Source: Aquificales bacterium (GTDB lineage: Bacteria; Aquificota; Aquificia; Aquificales; QOAS01). Taken from it: 47,650 nucleotides of DNA. Position numbers and translations under genes: made by a program. Positions 8,227-16,524 of this stretch are shown here, in pieces. The stretch spans positions 1 to 47,650 of the forward strand of contig DTXZ01000058.1 in NCBI GenBank assembly GCA_012962155.1, read 5' to 3'. The notes beneath the pieces were generated by a model that was not told where the DNA came from, did not search any database, and saw nothing but the letters and a program-made list of their open reading frames with translations. Numbering within the stretch: the first letter of the stretch is position 1; each line of letters starts with the position of its first letter.

Positions 8227-9304
8227 AAAATTTGTCGTCCCCTTTGGTAGTCAACATATAGCTATCCCCGAACCTATAAGGTTTATATTCACCACGGAGA
8301 ACGAGATAATTAAAAGTGTCTCGGTTGATTTTGGATATGTTCACAGGGGTATTGAAAAGGCCTGTATGACCCGCTATAAATACACCCAAGTTCCCTATGT
8401 GGTAGCCCGTGTATGCGGATTATGTGCCGTATCCCAAGCCACTGCATACTGTATGGCAATAGAATCCCTTATGGATATAGAAATTCCCGAGAGGGCTAAG
8501 TATCTGCGAATTATCGTCCACGAAATGGATAGAATTCACTCCCATCTTTTTGCCATTGCCCACCTAAGCGAAGCGGCGGGATACGAAAACCTTTTCATGA
8601 GGGTGATGAGAGATAGGGAATTCGTTATGGAGTGTCTAGAAATCCTAACCGGAAATAGAATTCAAGCCGACTATAGCACAATAGGAGGGGTAAACCGAGA
8701 CCTTACAAAGGAGGTTTACGAAATCTTAAAACCGCGTTTGGATGAACTTGAAAGAAGACTTTACGAACTTAAAGAGATTTTTGAAAGAGATTATACCCTC
8801 CAAAAGAAGTGGAAGGGAATTGGGGTTATTACACTTGAAATGGCCCAAAAATATAATGCAGTGGGACCCGTAGCGAGGGCCTCGGGACTGGCGACCGACT
8901 GTAGGGTTGAATTTGAATACCTTCCCTATAAGGAGTTGGATTATAAAATGGTTCTCTACCAAGAGGGAGATGTATGGGCTAGGAACATGGTCCGTCTGGA
9001 TGAAACTTTGGTCTCTATAAGGGTGCTAAAAAATGCCATAGACAATCTCCCCGAAGGGGATATAAAAGTAAAAGTAAAAGGCAATCCTAAAGGTGAAGCC
9101 CTTATAAGGTGGGAAGCACCAAGGGGAGAACTTCTTTATTACGTAAAAGGTAACGGAAAATCGGTACTGGAAAGGTTGAGAATTAAAACCCCAACCTTTA
9201 GCGTTATACCGGTCATGAAAGAGCTTTATTACAACCAACCTTACGCTTTTGTTCCCGATATAACTATTAGCTTTGATCCCTGCCTATCTTGCAGCGCCCG
9301 TTAG
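8219..9304 (+). CDS. echE: group-4 [NiFe]-hydrogenase large subunit (NuoD-like, EchE type)
   Basis: 361 aa. Both NiFe ligand pairs are present: RVCGLC near the N-terminus and DPCLSCSAR at the extreme C-terminus. GYVHRGIEK block present. AGGAGGTG lies upstream of the ATG. Confidence 0.92.
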   Translation: MGKKFVVPFGSQHIAIPEPIRFIFTTENEIIKSVSVDFGYVHRGIEKACMTRYKYTQVPYVVARVCGLCAVSQATAYCMAIESLMDIEIPERAKYLRIIVHEMDRIHSHLFAIAHLSEAAGYENLFMRVMRDREFVMECLEILTGNRIQADYSTIGGVNRDLTKEVYEILKPRLDELERRLYELKEIFERDYTLQKKWKGIGVITLEMAQKYNAVGPVARASGLATDCRVEFEYLPYKELDYKMVLYQEGDVWARNMVRLDETLVSIRVLKNAIDNLPEGDIKVKVKGNPKGEALIRWEAPRGELLYYVKGNGKSVLERLRIKTPTFSVIPVMKELYYNQPYAFVPDITISFDPCLSCSAR

Positions 9305-9315
9305 GAGGAAAGAAG

Positions 9316-9726
9316 ATGTTTAAAATGTTTCTTTTTTCTTTAAAAAATCTCTTTTCCAAACCGGCAACTTTACCGGAAGGAACGGAAAAACCTAAGCAAT
9401 ATAGGGGCCTTATTAAGTATTACGAGGAAACCTGTATCTATTGCAAAAAGTGTGAAATGGTGTGCCCTCCCGGAGCTATCATCTTTACCTATCCCGAAGA
9501 CGGTTCCAAGAGATTGATATTCCACTATAACCCTTATTTATGTATTTATTGCGGAGAGTGTGTGAGGGCTTGCCCCAAACCGGGAACTCTGGTTCAAGTG
9601 GAAGATACCGCCCCCCCCGCCACCGCCCAAGATAAACCTAACGATCTTTGGTTTGAAGTTGAAAAGGAAGCCGTTGAAAGTAAAAAAATCTGGCAAGAAG
9701 CCCGCCGTAAGAAACGTAACAAATGA
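9316..9726 (+). CDS. echF: Ech-type hydrogenase 2x[4Fe-4S] ferredoxin subunit (NuoI-like)
   Basis: Start at ATG 9316, after AGGAGG (9303-9308). It has two CxxCxxCxxxCP motifs (CIYCKKCEMVCP, CIYCGECVRACP) and a basic C-terminal tail. Confidence 0.88.
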   Translation: MFKMFLFSLKNLFSKPATLPEGTEKPKQYRGLIKYYEETCIYCKKCEMVCPPGAIIFTYPEDGSKRLIFHYNPYLCIYCGECVRACPKPGTLVQVEDTAPPATAQDKPNDLWFEVEKEAVESKKIWQEARRKKRNK

Positions 9727-9935
9727 ACTTCTCCCAATTGCGGAGCTTGGAACGGTTTCACCCCACTTTTTTTTAAAAATTTTTTCTTTTCCCGTTCTTT
9801 ACTATAAGAAAGAAACCCGACAAAAGTCATAGTGTAAGCTTTTACTTTCCAAAAAAACACTTATTAAAAGTTTTATTGCGTTTTGAAATATAGCAATATA
9901 AGAAAATTAGCGATTTCTTTTTCGGAGGTTAGGCC

Positions 9936-10277
9936 ATGCTAGCGGCTTTTATAACTTTTGTGGTTGCCCTTCTGGCTACGGCTGTACTCTTTTGGGTGAT
10001 AGCTTTGCTATATGCACCAAAAGGGGAATCGGTAGCCAAACACGTTCCCTACGAATGCGCTGTTCCTCCCGAAGGGCCCCTACCAAAGAAATCCAACTTC
10101 AGATACTACTTTTTCGGAATTCTGTTCCTAGTTATGGATATGGTTGGAATGTTTATCGCTTTGGAAGCGATAACTAATGGACAGGCTATCTGGATTTATT
10201 TACTTTTTGTAATACCGCTTCTCCTCGCTATCTGGCACATTATAGGAGGTAAAAAATATGTTGACCAAGTTTCTTGA
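9936..10277 (+). CDS. nuoA: NADH-quinone oxidoreductase-like complex, subunit A
   Basis: 113 aa with three hydrophobic segments. It has the PYEC motif of NuoA. GGAGGT lies upstream. It is the first gene of the nuoABCDHIJKLMN array. Confidence 0.85.
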   Translation: MLAAFITFVVALLATAVLFWVIALLYAPKGESVAKHVPYECAVPPEGPLPKKSNFRYYFFGILFLVMDMVGMFIALEAITNGQAIWIYLLFVIPLLLAIWHIIGGKKYVDQVS

Positions 10278-10788
10278 CTTTTTCGGTTGGGCTAGGGCTA
10301 ACAGCCCCTGGATGGTCCACTACTGTTCCGGATGTTGTTCATTAGAGATATTGGCGCTTATGGGTCCCAGATTTGACTGGGAACGTTACGGTTTTATGCC
10401 GGTTCCCTCCCCCCGTCAGGCTGACTTTATAGTTATTACAGGATTGATATCAAGAAAGGTTCTCCCCGTACTTTTAATGACCTACGACCAGATGCCCAAA
10501 CCTAGATACGTATTCGCCATAGGTTCCTGTGCATTTGATGGTGGACCCTATTACGACTCCACTTCGGTTGTTACCAACGTTCCCGAAATATTGCCTCCCG
10601 ATGTATTCGTAGCCGGATGCCCTCCAACCCCCGAAGCCATACTGGAAGGCCTTCTTGAAATGAAGAAGATTATTAGGGAAAAGAGGGAAGCCCGTGCAGA
10701 AAGGGAGGGAACTTGGAAAGAAATTCTCAAACAGGAATTGGAAAAGAATCCTTTACTGTCGCAACAACCTTTCTTTGTCGGAGGATAA
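10258..10788 (+). CDS. nuoB: complex I-like subunit B (N2 [4Fe-4S] carrier)
   Basis: 176 aa. It has SGCCSLE (tandem Cys typical of NuoB), GSCAFDGGPY and VAGCPPTPE. Confidence 0.9.
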   Translation: MLTKFLDFFGWARANSPWMVHYCSGCCSLEILALMGPRFDWERYGFMPVPSPRQADFIVITGLISRKVLPVLLMTYDQMPKPRYVFAIGSCAFDGGPYYDSTSVVTNVPEILPPDVFVAGCPPTPEAILEGLLEMKKIIREKREARAEREGTWKEILKQELEKNPLLSQQPFFVGG

Positions 10789-10852
10789 AACTTGTTATCC
10801 GTAATGGTTTCTCTTTACCTTTCTTCTCAATTTTTCCCGCAGGAGGGGTTTT

Positions 10853-11317
10853 ATGGGTTTTGAAAATTTTGTAAAGTTAATGAAAAGTTACTTTGGGGTG
10901 GAAGCGGAAGAATACCCCCAAAACCACACGGCTAAAACCTATCTCTTTAAGATAAAACCGGAGTATATTAGGGAAGTTGCAAAACTTTTAAAGGAAAATG
11001 GATTTGACTTTTTCCATACATTGGCTCCGGTGGATTACTCGCCCAAGGGTAGGGGATTGGAACTTAATTACTTTTTTGAGAATGTGGAAGAAAGGATTTG
11101 GATTCTTATTAAAACCGAAATTCCTTTAGACAATCCCGAAATAGATTCCCTACACGATATTTATCCCTCCTTAGAAGCCTGCGAAAGGGAAGAGTGGGAA
11201 AAATTTGGTATTTTCTTCAAAGGACATCCCAGACTAAAGCCGCTGCTATTGGACGATACCCTACAAGGTAGATGGGTTCTGAGGAAATCTTACATTCCCG
11301 AACCCCATAGGAAATAA
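10853..11317 (+). CDS. nuoC: complex I-like subunit C
   Basis: 154 aa. CEREEWEKFGIFFKGHPRLKPLLL matches the NuoC ERE..D..G..F.GHP signature. Confidence 0.88.
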   Translation: MGFENFVKLMKSYFGVEAEEYPQNHTAKTYLFKIKPEYIREVAKLLKENGFDFFHTLAPVDYSPKGRGLELNYFFENVEERIWILIKTEIPLDNPEIDSLHDIYPSLEACEREEWEKFGIFFKGHPRLKPLLLDDTLQGRWVLRKSYIPEPHRK

Positions 11318-11332
11318 AACGGAGGTTTTGCT

Positions 11333-12460
11333 ATGTATAAAGGGGCACAAATAATAACCGAACCGATAGGTAAAGAAGGCGACTTAATGGTTTTAAACTG
11401 GGGTGTGCAACACCCCGCATCGGGGCCTATGAGGATTAAAGTCTGGCTTGACGGGGAAACCATAGTAAAGGTTGAAAACGACCCCGGATACGTAACCCGT
11501 AACATGGAAAAAATGTTGGAATACCGAACTTGGGAAAATGCGGTGGTTAATGTTGAAAGGATTTGTTTCATAGACGACTTGGGAACTATCTTAAATTGGG
11601 CTTTAGCGATAGAAAAACTGGCCGAAGTGGAAGTTCCCAAAAACGTGGAATATTTCAGGGTAATACTGGCGGAAGTAGGAAGAATAGTTTCCCACCTCAT
11701 AGGTGTGGGAGGAATGTTTGGAGCCTTAGGAGTTGCTACACCAATGATGTGGGTTCTCTCTCTCAGGGAGTTTTATCTAGACTTTTTGGAACACTACTCG
11801 GGTTACCGAATATCAACTGCCGCCATAGTTCCCGGTGGAGTTAGATTTGAACCCACAAAAGAGGACATGGAATTACTTAAAAAGGCTATAAAGGAAACCG
11901 AAAAAAGATGGCCCGAATACAAAGAGGTATTTAAAGATAACCCCACATTGGTTGAAAGGTACAAGGGTGTGGGAATTATACCCAAAGAGCTGGTTTACAA
12001 ATTGGGTCTAAGGGGGCCCGTTGCAAGGGCTTCGGGAGTGGCTTACGATTACAGAAAAACCTACCCTTATAGCTCCTACGAGGATTTTAACTTCAATGTA
12101 GTCGTAAAGGAAGAGGGAGATGCCTACGCCCGGTTTTTGGTAGTCCTTGAGGAAATAGAGGAATCGGTAAAGATTATCAAACAGGCAATGGAAGGAATGC
12201 CCGAAGGGGACAAATGGAAGGTCAGGGTACCCAAAAAGATAAAAGCGGGCGAAACCTTTTCCGCGGTAGAATGGGCTAGGGGAGGTATAGAGTATTTCGT
12301 AGTAAGCGATGGGGGAACGGAACCTTACAGGGTTAAAATTTCTGCCCCCTCGTTCATGAACATTTGGGCTCTGGAATACATTGCTCCCGGTCACAAGTTG
12401 GCGGACTTGGCGACAATATTTGCAAGCCTTTACATCTGCCACGGAGATTTGGACAGATAA
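11333..12460 (+). CDS. nuoD: complex I-like subunit D, atypical (no canonical quinone ligands; two residual hydrogenase-position Cys)
   Basis: 375 aa. It has NuoD/NiFe-large-subunit fold blocks (GVQHPASGPMRI, GYVTRNMEK, GLRGPVARASGVAYDYRK, RVKISAPSF, terminal GDLDR). It has RICFID where hydrogenases have RxCGxC and canonical NuoD has R.DY.. . The C-terminus is SLYICHGDLDR. Confidence 0.88.
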   Translation: MYKGAQIITEPIGKEGDLMVLNWGVQHPASGPMRIKVWLDGETIVKVENDPGYVTRNMEKMLEYRTWENAVVNVERICFIDDLGTILNWALAIEKLAEVEVPKNVEYFRVILAEVGRIVSHLIGVGGMFGALGVATPMMWVLSLREFYLDFLEHYSGYRISTAAIVPGGVRFEPTKEDMELLKKAIKETEKRWPEYKEVFKDNPTLVERYKGVGIIPKELVYKLGLRGPVARASGVAYDYRKTYPYSSYEDFNFNVVVKEEGDAYARFLVVLEEIEESVKIIKQAMEGMPEGDKWKVRVPKKIKAGETFSAVEWARGGIEYFVVSDGGTEPYRVKISAPSFMNIWALEYIAPGHKLADLATIFASLYICHGDLDR

Positions 12461-12473
12461 GGAGGGGTTAAAA

Positions 12474-13421
12474 ATGGATTGGGGGTGGATACTTTTTAAA
12501 ACCCTGGTTTTTCCGGGATTAACTTTCCTACTGCTGGTCATATTTGCAACCTTTTACCTTGAAAGGAAACTGGTTGCCGATATGCACGGTAGAACTGGTC
12601 CTTACTACGTTGGTCCCTATGGACTTTTGCAAACGGTGGCGGATATATTTAAAATCCTCCAAAAAGAGGTAATAATTCACAGGGAAGCGGATAAGCTCCT
12701 ATTTTTGGTAGTTCCCGCCGTTGCCTTCTTTATGGTGGCATTGGTAGCAGCCTTTATCCCTTATTCGGAAACTCTCTGGATAGTTTCCACTCCTTACGAC
12801 TTGGTTATTTCCTTGGCACTACTTACGTCTCTACCGGCTATATTCCTTTTTGCGGGATGGGTTTCCAAGAGTAAATATCCCTTCATAGGAGGTATTAGAG
12901 TTATAAACCAGCTAATTTCCGGTGAAATTCCTTTGTGGTTGGCGGGTCTTTCGGTAGCCCTTTGGTATGGAACTTTCAATTACGTTGAAATAGTTCAAAA
13001 ATTTGACCTTATAGGTTTTCTCGTTAATTTGGTGGGTTTCGTAATATTTCTGGTGGCAATTCTCATAGTTGCGGACAGACCTCCCTTTGACATACCCGAA
13101 GCGGAACAGGAAATTGTTTACGGTTTCCTTACCGAGTATACGGGAGTCGGTTACCTACTTTTAGCTGGTGCTAAATTCTTGGAAATTTTCGTATTGGCGG
13201 CAATGACCGTAACCCTCTTTTTAGGTGGATTTAAAGGACCTTTCCTCCCCGGTTGGGTATGGTTCTTAATAAAGATATTTACGGTATATTACTTGGCTTT
13301 TGCGATAAGAGCTTCCACCCCACGTATTAGGCTGGACCAACTCATCAAATTTACTTGGAACATACTGGTTCCGTTGGCACTACTGAACATTGTTTTCATA
13401 CTGGTTATAAAAGCGTTGTAA
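12474..13421 (+). CDS. nuoH: complex I-like subunit H
   Basis: Start at ATG 12474, after GGAGGGG. It has ERKLVADMHGRTGPYYVGPYGLLQTVADIFK and RPPFDIPEAEQEIVYGFLTEYTG. Confidence 0.9.
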   Translation: MDWGWILFKTLVFPGLTFLLLVIFATFYLERKLVADMHGRTGPYYVGPYGLLQTVADIFKILQKEVIIHREADKLLFLVVPAVAFFMVALVAAFIPYSETLWIVSTPYDLVISLALLTSLPAIFLFAGWVSKSKYPFIGGIRVINQLISGEIPLWLAGLSVALWYGTFNYVEIVQKFDLIGFLVNLVGFVIFLVAILIVADRPPFDIPEAEQEIVYGFLTEYTGVGYLLLAGAKFLEIFVLAAMTVTLFLGGFKGPFLPGWVWFLIKIFTVYYLAFAIRASTPRIRLDQLIKFTWNILVPLALLNIVFILVIKAL

Positions 13422-13434
13422 GGAGGTAAGGATT

Positions 13435-13887
13435 ATGCTAAATAAAATTTTGGAAAAAATAGTTTTAGTAGCATCCAGGGCGACCAAACCCAAAGATACT
13501 ACATACTTTCACGAAAGTAGACCGAAGAAACCGGCAAGGTTTAGGGGAAAACATTTCATCAATGCCGAAACTTGCATAGGTTGTTACGCCTGCGAAAGGG
13601 CTTGCCCCATAGGGGCTATTATTATGGTTCCCACCGGACTTAAAAGACCCAGGGCTATGCCTACGGTGAATTTAGGAAGGTGTTGCTATTGCGGTCTCTG
13701 CGAAGATGCCTGCCCTACCAAGGAGAAATCTATATATCTAACGGAGAAATACGAGATGATAGTGGAAGAGGTTGAACTTACCCCTCTAATAGACGATCTG
13801 TGGGCTAAACCGGTAGGAGATATTACCAAAAACCCACTTGTGATTAAGGACTTACAAAAACAAAAGCAACAGAAGGAGGGTAAATAA
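13435..13887 (+). CDS. nuoI: complex I-like subunit I (2x[4Fe-4S])
   Basis: 150 aa. It has RFRGKH followed by CIGCYACERACP and CCYCGLCEDACP. Confidence 0.9.
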   Translation: MLNKILEKIVLVASRATKPKDTTYFHESRPKKPARFRGKHFINAETCIGCYACERACPIGAIIMVPTGLKRPRAMPTVNLGRCCYCGLCEDACPTKEKSIYLTEKYEMIVEEVELTPLIDDLWAKPVGDITKNPLVIKDLQKQKQQKEGK

Positions 13888-14363
13888 TGTTCCTTTACTT
13901 TACCATTCTCTTTTTAATAGTTATTGCAACCGCAATAGCGGCTATAGAACTAACCAACTTTATATGGGTTTTGGTGGCCTTCGCCACGCTACTAACGGAA
14001 ATAGCCCTGTTTTATTTTTCCTTAGGTTTTCCTCTATTGGGGGCCTTTCAGCTGGCGGTTTACGCGGGTGGAGTTGCAATTCTGGTGCTATTTACAATTC
14101 TCACTATAGGCGAAAGGGAAGAGGAAAAAAAGGAAAGCAAATTGGCCGCAGGGGTAGCGATTGCTATATTTATCACCGGTGTAATAGCCTCTATATGGAC
14201 CGGACTTAATACCAAACCTTATTTGAATATAAGCCTTCAGGAACTCGGTAACGTGTTTATTGAAAAATACGCTTTATTGGTGATTCCATTGGGTTTTACC
14301 GCGGTGGGGATTATTTTCGGTGCTTACTACCTACTTTCCAAAAAACTACAAGGGGAGGAATAG
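13887..14363 (+). CDS. nuoJ: complex I-like subunit J
   Basis: 158-aa hydrophobic ORF. Its position and size fit NuoJ. FQLAVYAGGVAILVLF resembles the conserved NuoJ TM3 block. The start overlaps the nuoI stop (TAATG). Confidence 0.8.
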   Translation: MFLYFTILFLIVIATAIAAIELTNFIWVLVAFATLLTEIALFYFSLGFPLLGAFQLAVYAGGVAILVLFTILTIGEREEEKKESKLAAGVAIAIFITGVIASIWTGLNTKPYLNISLQELGNVFIEKYALLVIPLGFTAVGIIFGAYYLLSKKLQGEE

Positions 14364-14364
14364 G

Positions 14365-14676
14365 ATGCAATTCACCCAAGAACCTATGCTCTGGTTTCTG
14401 CTTGTGGCGGTATCGCTATTGGCGATAGGGGTTTACGGACTGCTTTCCCGAAAGTCTATTTTAAAGATGATAATCTCCATAGAAATTATCGTAAACGGGG
14501 CAAATGTAGGATTGGCAGCCTTTGCCACCCAACACGGGGCGGACGGAGTTATTTTGGCTTTCTTCGCAATAGCGTTGGCGGCTCTTGAAGTAGCGGTAGG
14601 TTTGACCTTGCTAATAATCCTTGCCCGTAAATATAGTATCACCTTCCCCGAAAAAATAAACAACCTGAGGTGGTAA
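14365..14676 (+). CDS. nuoK: complex I-like subunit K
   Basis: Trimmed to ATG 14365 (103 aa). It has three TM segments with GLLSRKSILKMIISIEII.NG and AALEVAVGLTLLI typical of NuoK. Confidence 0.85.
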   Translation: MQFTQEPMLWFLLVAVSLLAIGVYGLLSRKSILKMIISIEIIVNGANVGLAAFATQHGADGVILAFFAIALAALEVAVGLTLLIILARKYSITFPEKINNLRW

Positions 14677-14678
14677 AG

Positions 14679-16511
14679 ATGGAGTGGCTAATTTACTTGT
14701 CGGTGTTGCTACCGATTTTTGGAGCACCAATCATTTGGTTTATAAGTCACTACACCAATAAATGGTTCTCTTGGTATTTATCTCTGGCGGTTACAGGTTT
14801 TTCCGCATTAGTAGCATTGTTAACCGCCCTGCAGGTGGCGGGGGGAGCTAAATTTGAACACTCCTTCACCTGGTTTAATTTCGGAGGGGTAGAGGTTCCC
14901 TTCGGAATTTACGTTGACGGAATGTCCACAGTAGTTTACGCAATGGCGGCACTCTTAGGGTTTCTTATAGTTATATACTCCCGCGGTTACATGGAACACG
15001 ACGAAAGTCCCCATAGGTTCTTCATGAAGGTTACCTTCTTCATAGGTTCTATGCTAGGACTCACCGTATCGGACAACCTAATAGGAATGTTTATCTTCTG
15101 GGAGTTTATGGGATTGGCTTCTTACCTACTTATCTCTTATTGGTATTACAAAAACAGTGCCGCCGATGCAGGTTTGAAAGCTTTCCTTATGACAAAATTT
15201 GCCGACGGATTCTTCTTGGCCGGAATAGTGCTTCTCTGGTGGTATAGCGGGAGCCTAAAAGTTGTCGAAATCAACCATCTTGCGGAAACAGCAGGAATAC
15301 CTTTATTTATAGCGGCCGTTTCCGCACTCTTAATGTTCGGAGGAGCCATAGGAAAATCGGCCCAATTCCCGCTGTTCCCGTGGCTACTAGACGCTATGGA
15401 AGGTCCCACACCCGTTTCCGCGTTAATTCACGCCGCAACAATGGTCAATGCGGGTGTTTTCTTGGTAGGTAGATTATTTGACTTTTACACTTATTCGGGA
15501 GTTCTATATGTGGTGCTTGCAATCGGTGCGATTTCCGCTTTCATAGCGGTTCTCGGAGCCATGGTTCACAGGGAAATTAAAAAGATAATCGCTTTTTCAA
15601 CAATGGAAAACCTTGGACTTATGTTCGTCGGATTGGGAGCCGGTTCTTTGGCCGCAGGTATTTTTCACCTAGTTTCCCATGCGACCTTTAAAGCACTAAT
15701 GTTCCTATCCGCAGGTAACGTTATCCACTTTACCCACGAAAAAGATGCCTTTAAAATCCGCGGACTTAGGAAATTTATGCCCTATACCGCAATACTATTT
15801 CTTATAGCTTTACTTTCCCTAGCGGGCATACCTCCCTTAAGCGGATTCTTCTCCAAAGAGTGGATTGTTCACGAAGCCAAGTTAAGCGGCGACCCCATAG
15901 CGTTTGCCTTTGTTTTAACCGCCGCAGTATTGACCATCTACTACGGTTTTAGATTGTGGTTCCAAATCTTTACTGGAGAACCCAACGAAATTGCAAAACG
16001 TGCAAAGGAAGCTTACCTCGTCATGCTAATACCTTTGGTAGTCTTGGCGGTTTTAACTTTCCTGGTAGGGATTTTCCATCAATCTATAGTTCACCTTATA
16101 GAACGGCATGCCCACATTCCCCACGATTGGGGGTTAACCATTTTGGTATTCTCCCTAATGGCGGTAGCCTTCGGCTTGGCTTGGCTTATTTACTACAAGA
16201 GGGCTATTGATACCGAAGAACTGATGAAAGACCCCATCGTATCTGCACTAAACAAAGTTTTCTACAACTCCTTTTTTGTAGACTTTCTCCTGCGTTGGCT
16301 ATCCAGAAACTTTGTGGTTGAATTCCTAGCCTTGCTCGCCCACTGGCTTGATAGAAACGTCTACGACTATATCGTTAATGGGGTTGCTAAAACCGCCCTG
16401 TGGACCTGGGAAAAGGTTAAAATTATACAAACCGGTAACCTAATTCATTACCTAACTATTTTTGTTAGTGGTGCAATAGTCCTTTACTACCTTTACCTCG
16501 TAATACTCTAA
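14679..16511 (+). CDS. nuoL: complex I-like subunit L (antiporter-like, with C-terminal lateral-helix region)
   Basis: ATG 14679 follows GAGGTGG (GTG 14670 is an alternative start). It has FWEFMGLASYLLISYWY and GKSAQFPLFPWLLDAMEGPTPVSALIHAATMVNAGVFL. Confidence 0.9.
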   Translation: MEWLIYLSVLLPIFGAPIIWFISHYTNKWFSWYLSLAVTGFSALVALLTALQVAGGAKFEHSFTWFNFGGVEVPFGIYVDGMSTVVYAMAALLGFLIVIYSRGYMEHDESPHRFFMKVTFFIGSMLGLTVSDNLIGMFIFWEFMGLASYLLISYWYYKNSAADAGLKAFLMTKFADGFFLAGIVLLWWYSGSLKVVEINHLAETAGIPLFIAAVSALLMFGGAIGKSAQFPLFPWLLDAMEGPTPVSALIHAATMVNAGVFLVGRLFDFYTYSGVLYVVLAIGAISAFIAVLGAMVHREIKKIIAFSTMENLGLMFVGLGAGSLAAGIFHLVSHATFKALMFLSAGNVIHFTHEKDAFKIRGLRKFMPYTAILFLIALLSLAGIPPLSGFFSKEWIVHEAKLSGDPIAFAFVLTAAVLTIYYGFRLWFQIFTGEPNEIAKRAKEAYLVMLIPLVVLAVLTFLVGIFHQSIVHLIERHAHIPHDWGLTILVFSLMAVAFGLAWLIYYKRAIDTEELMKDPIVSALNKVFYNSFFVDFLLRWLSRNFVVEFLALLAHWLDRNVYDYIVNGVAKTALWTWEKVKIIQTGNLIHYLTIFVSGAIVLYYLYLVIL

Positions 16512-16524
16512 AGGAGGATAGAAA

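Noticed and set aside
9727-9935. A promoter or terminator between echF and nuoA (for example TTGCGT ... TATAAG).
   Set aside because: The hexamer spacing is only about 15 nt, and no convincing hairpin plus U-tract follows echF. I cannot decide from sequence whether ech and nuo are co-transcribed.
11290-12541. Long antisense ORFs inside nuoD and nuoH (136 aa and 177 aa). Similar shadow ORFs lie at 24661-25065, 31668-32186, 33067-33456, 34256-34666 and 37886-38221.
   Set aside because: All lie opposite strongly supported conserved genes. They have Ser/Pro/Arg-rich or otherwise unnatural composition, and they lack RBSs. They are typical shadow ORFs.
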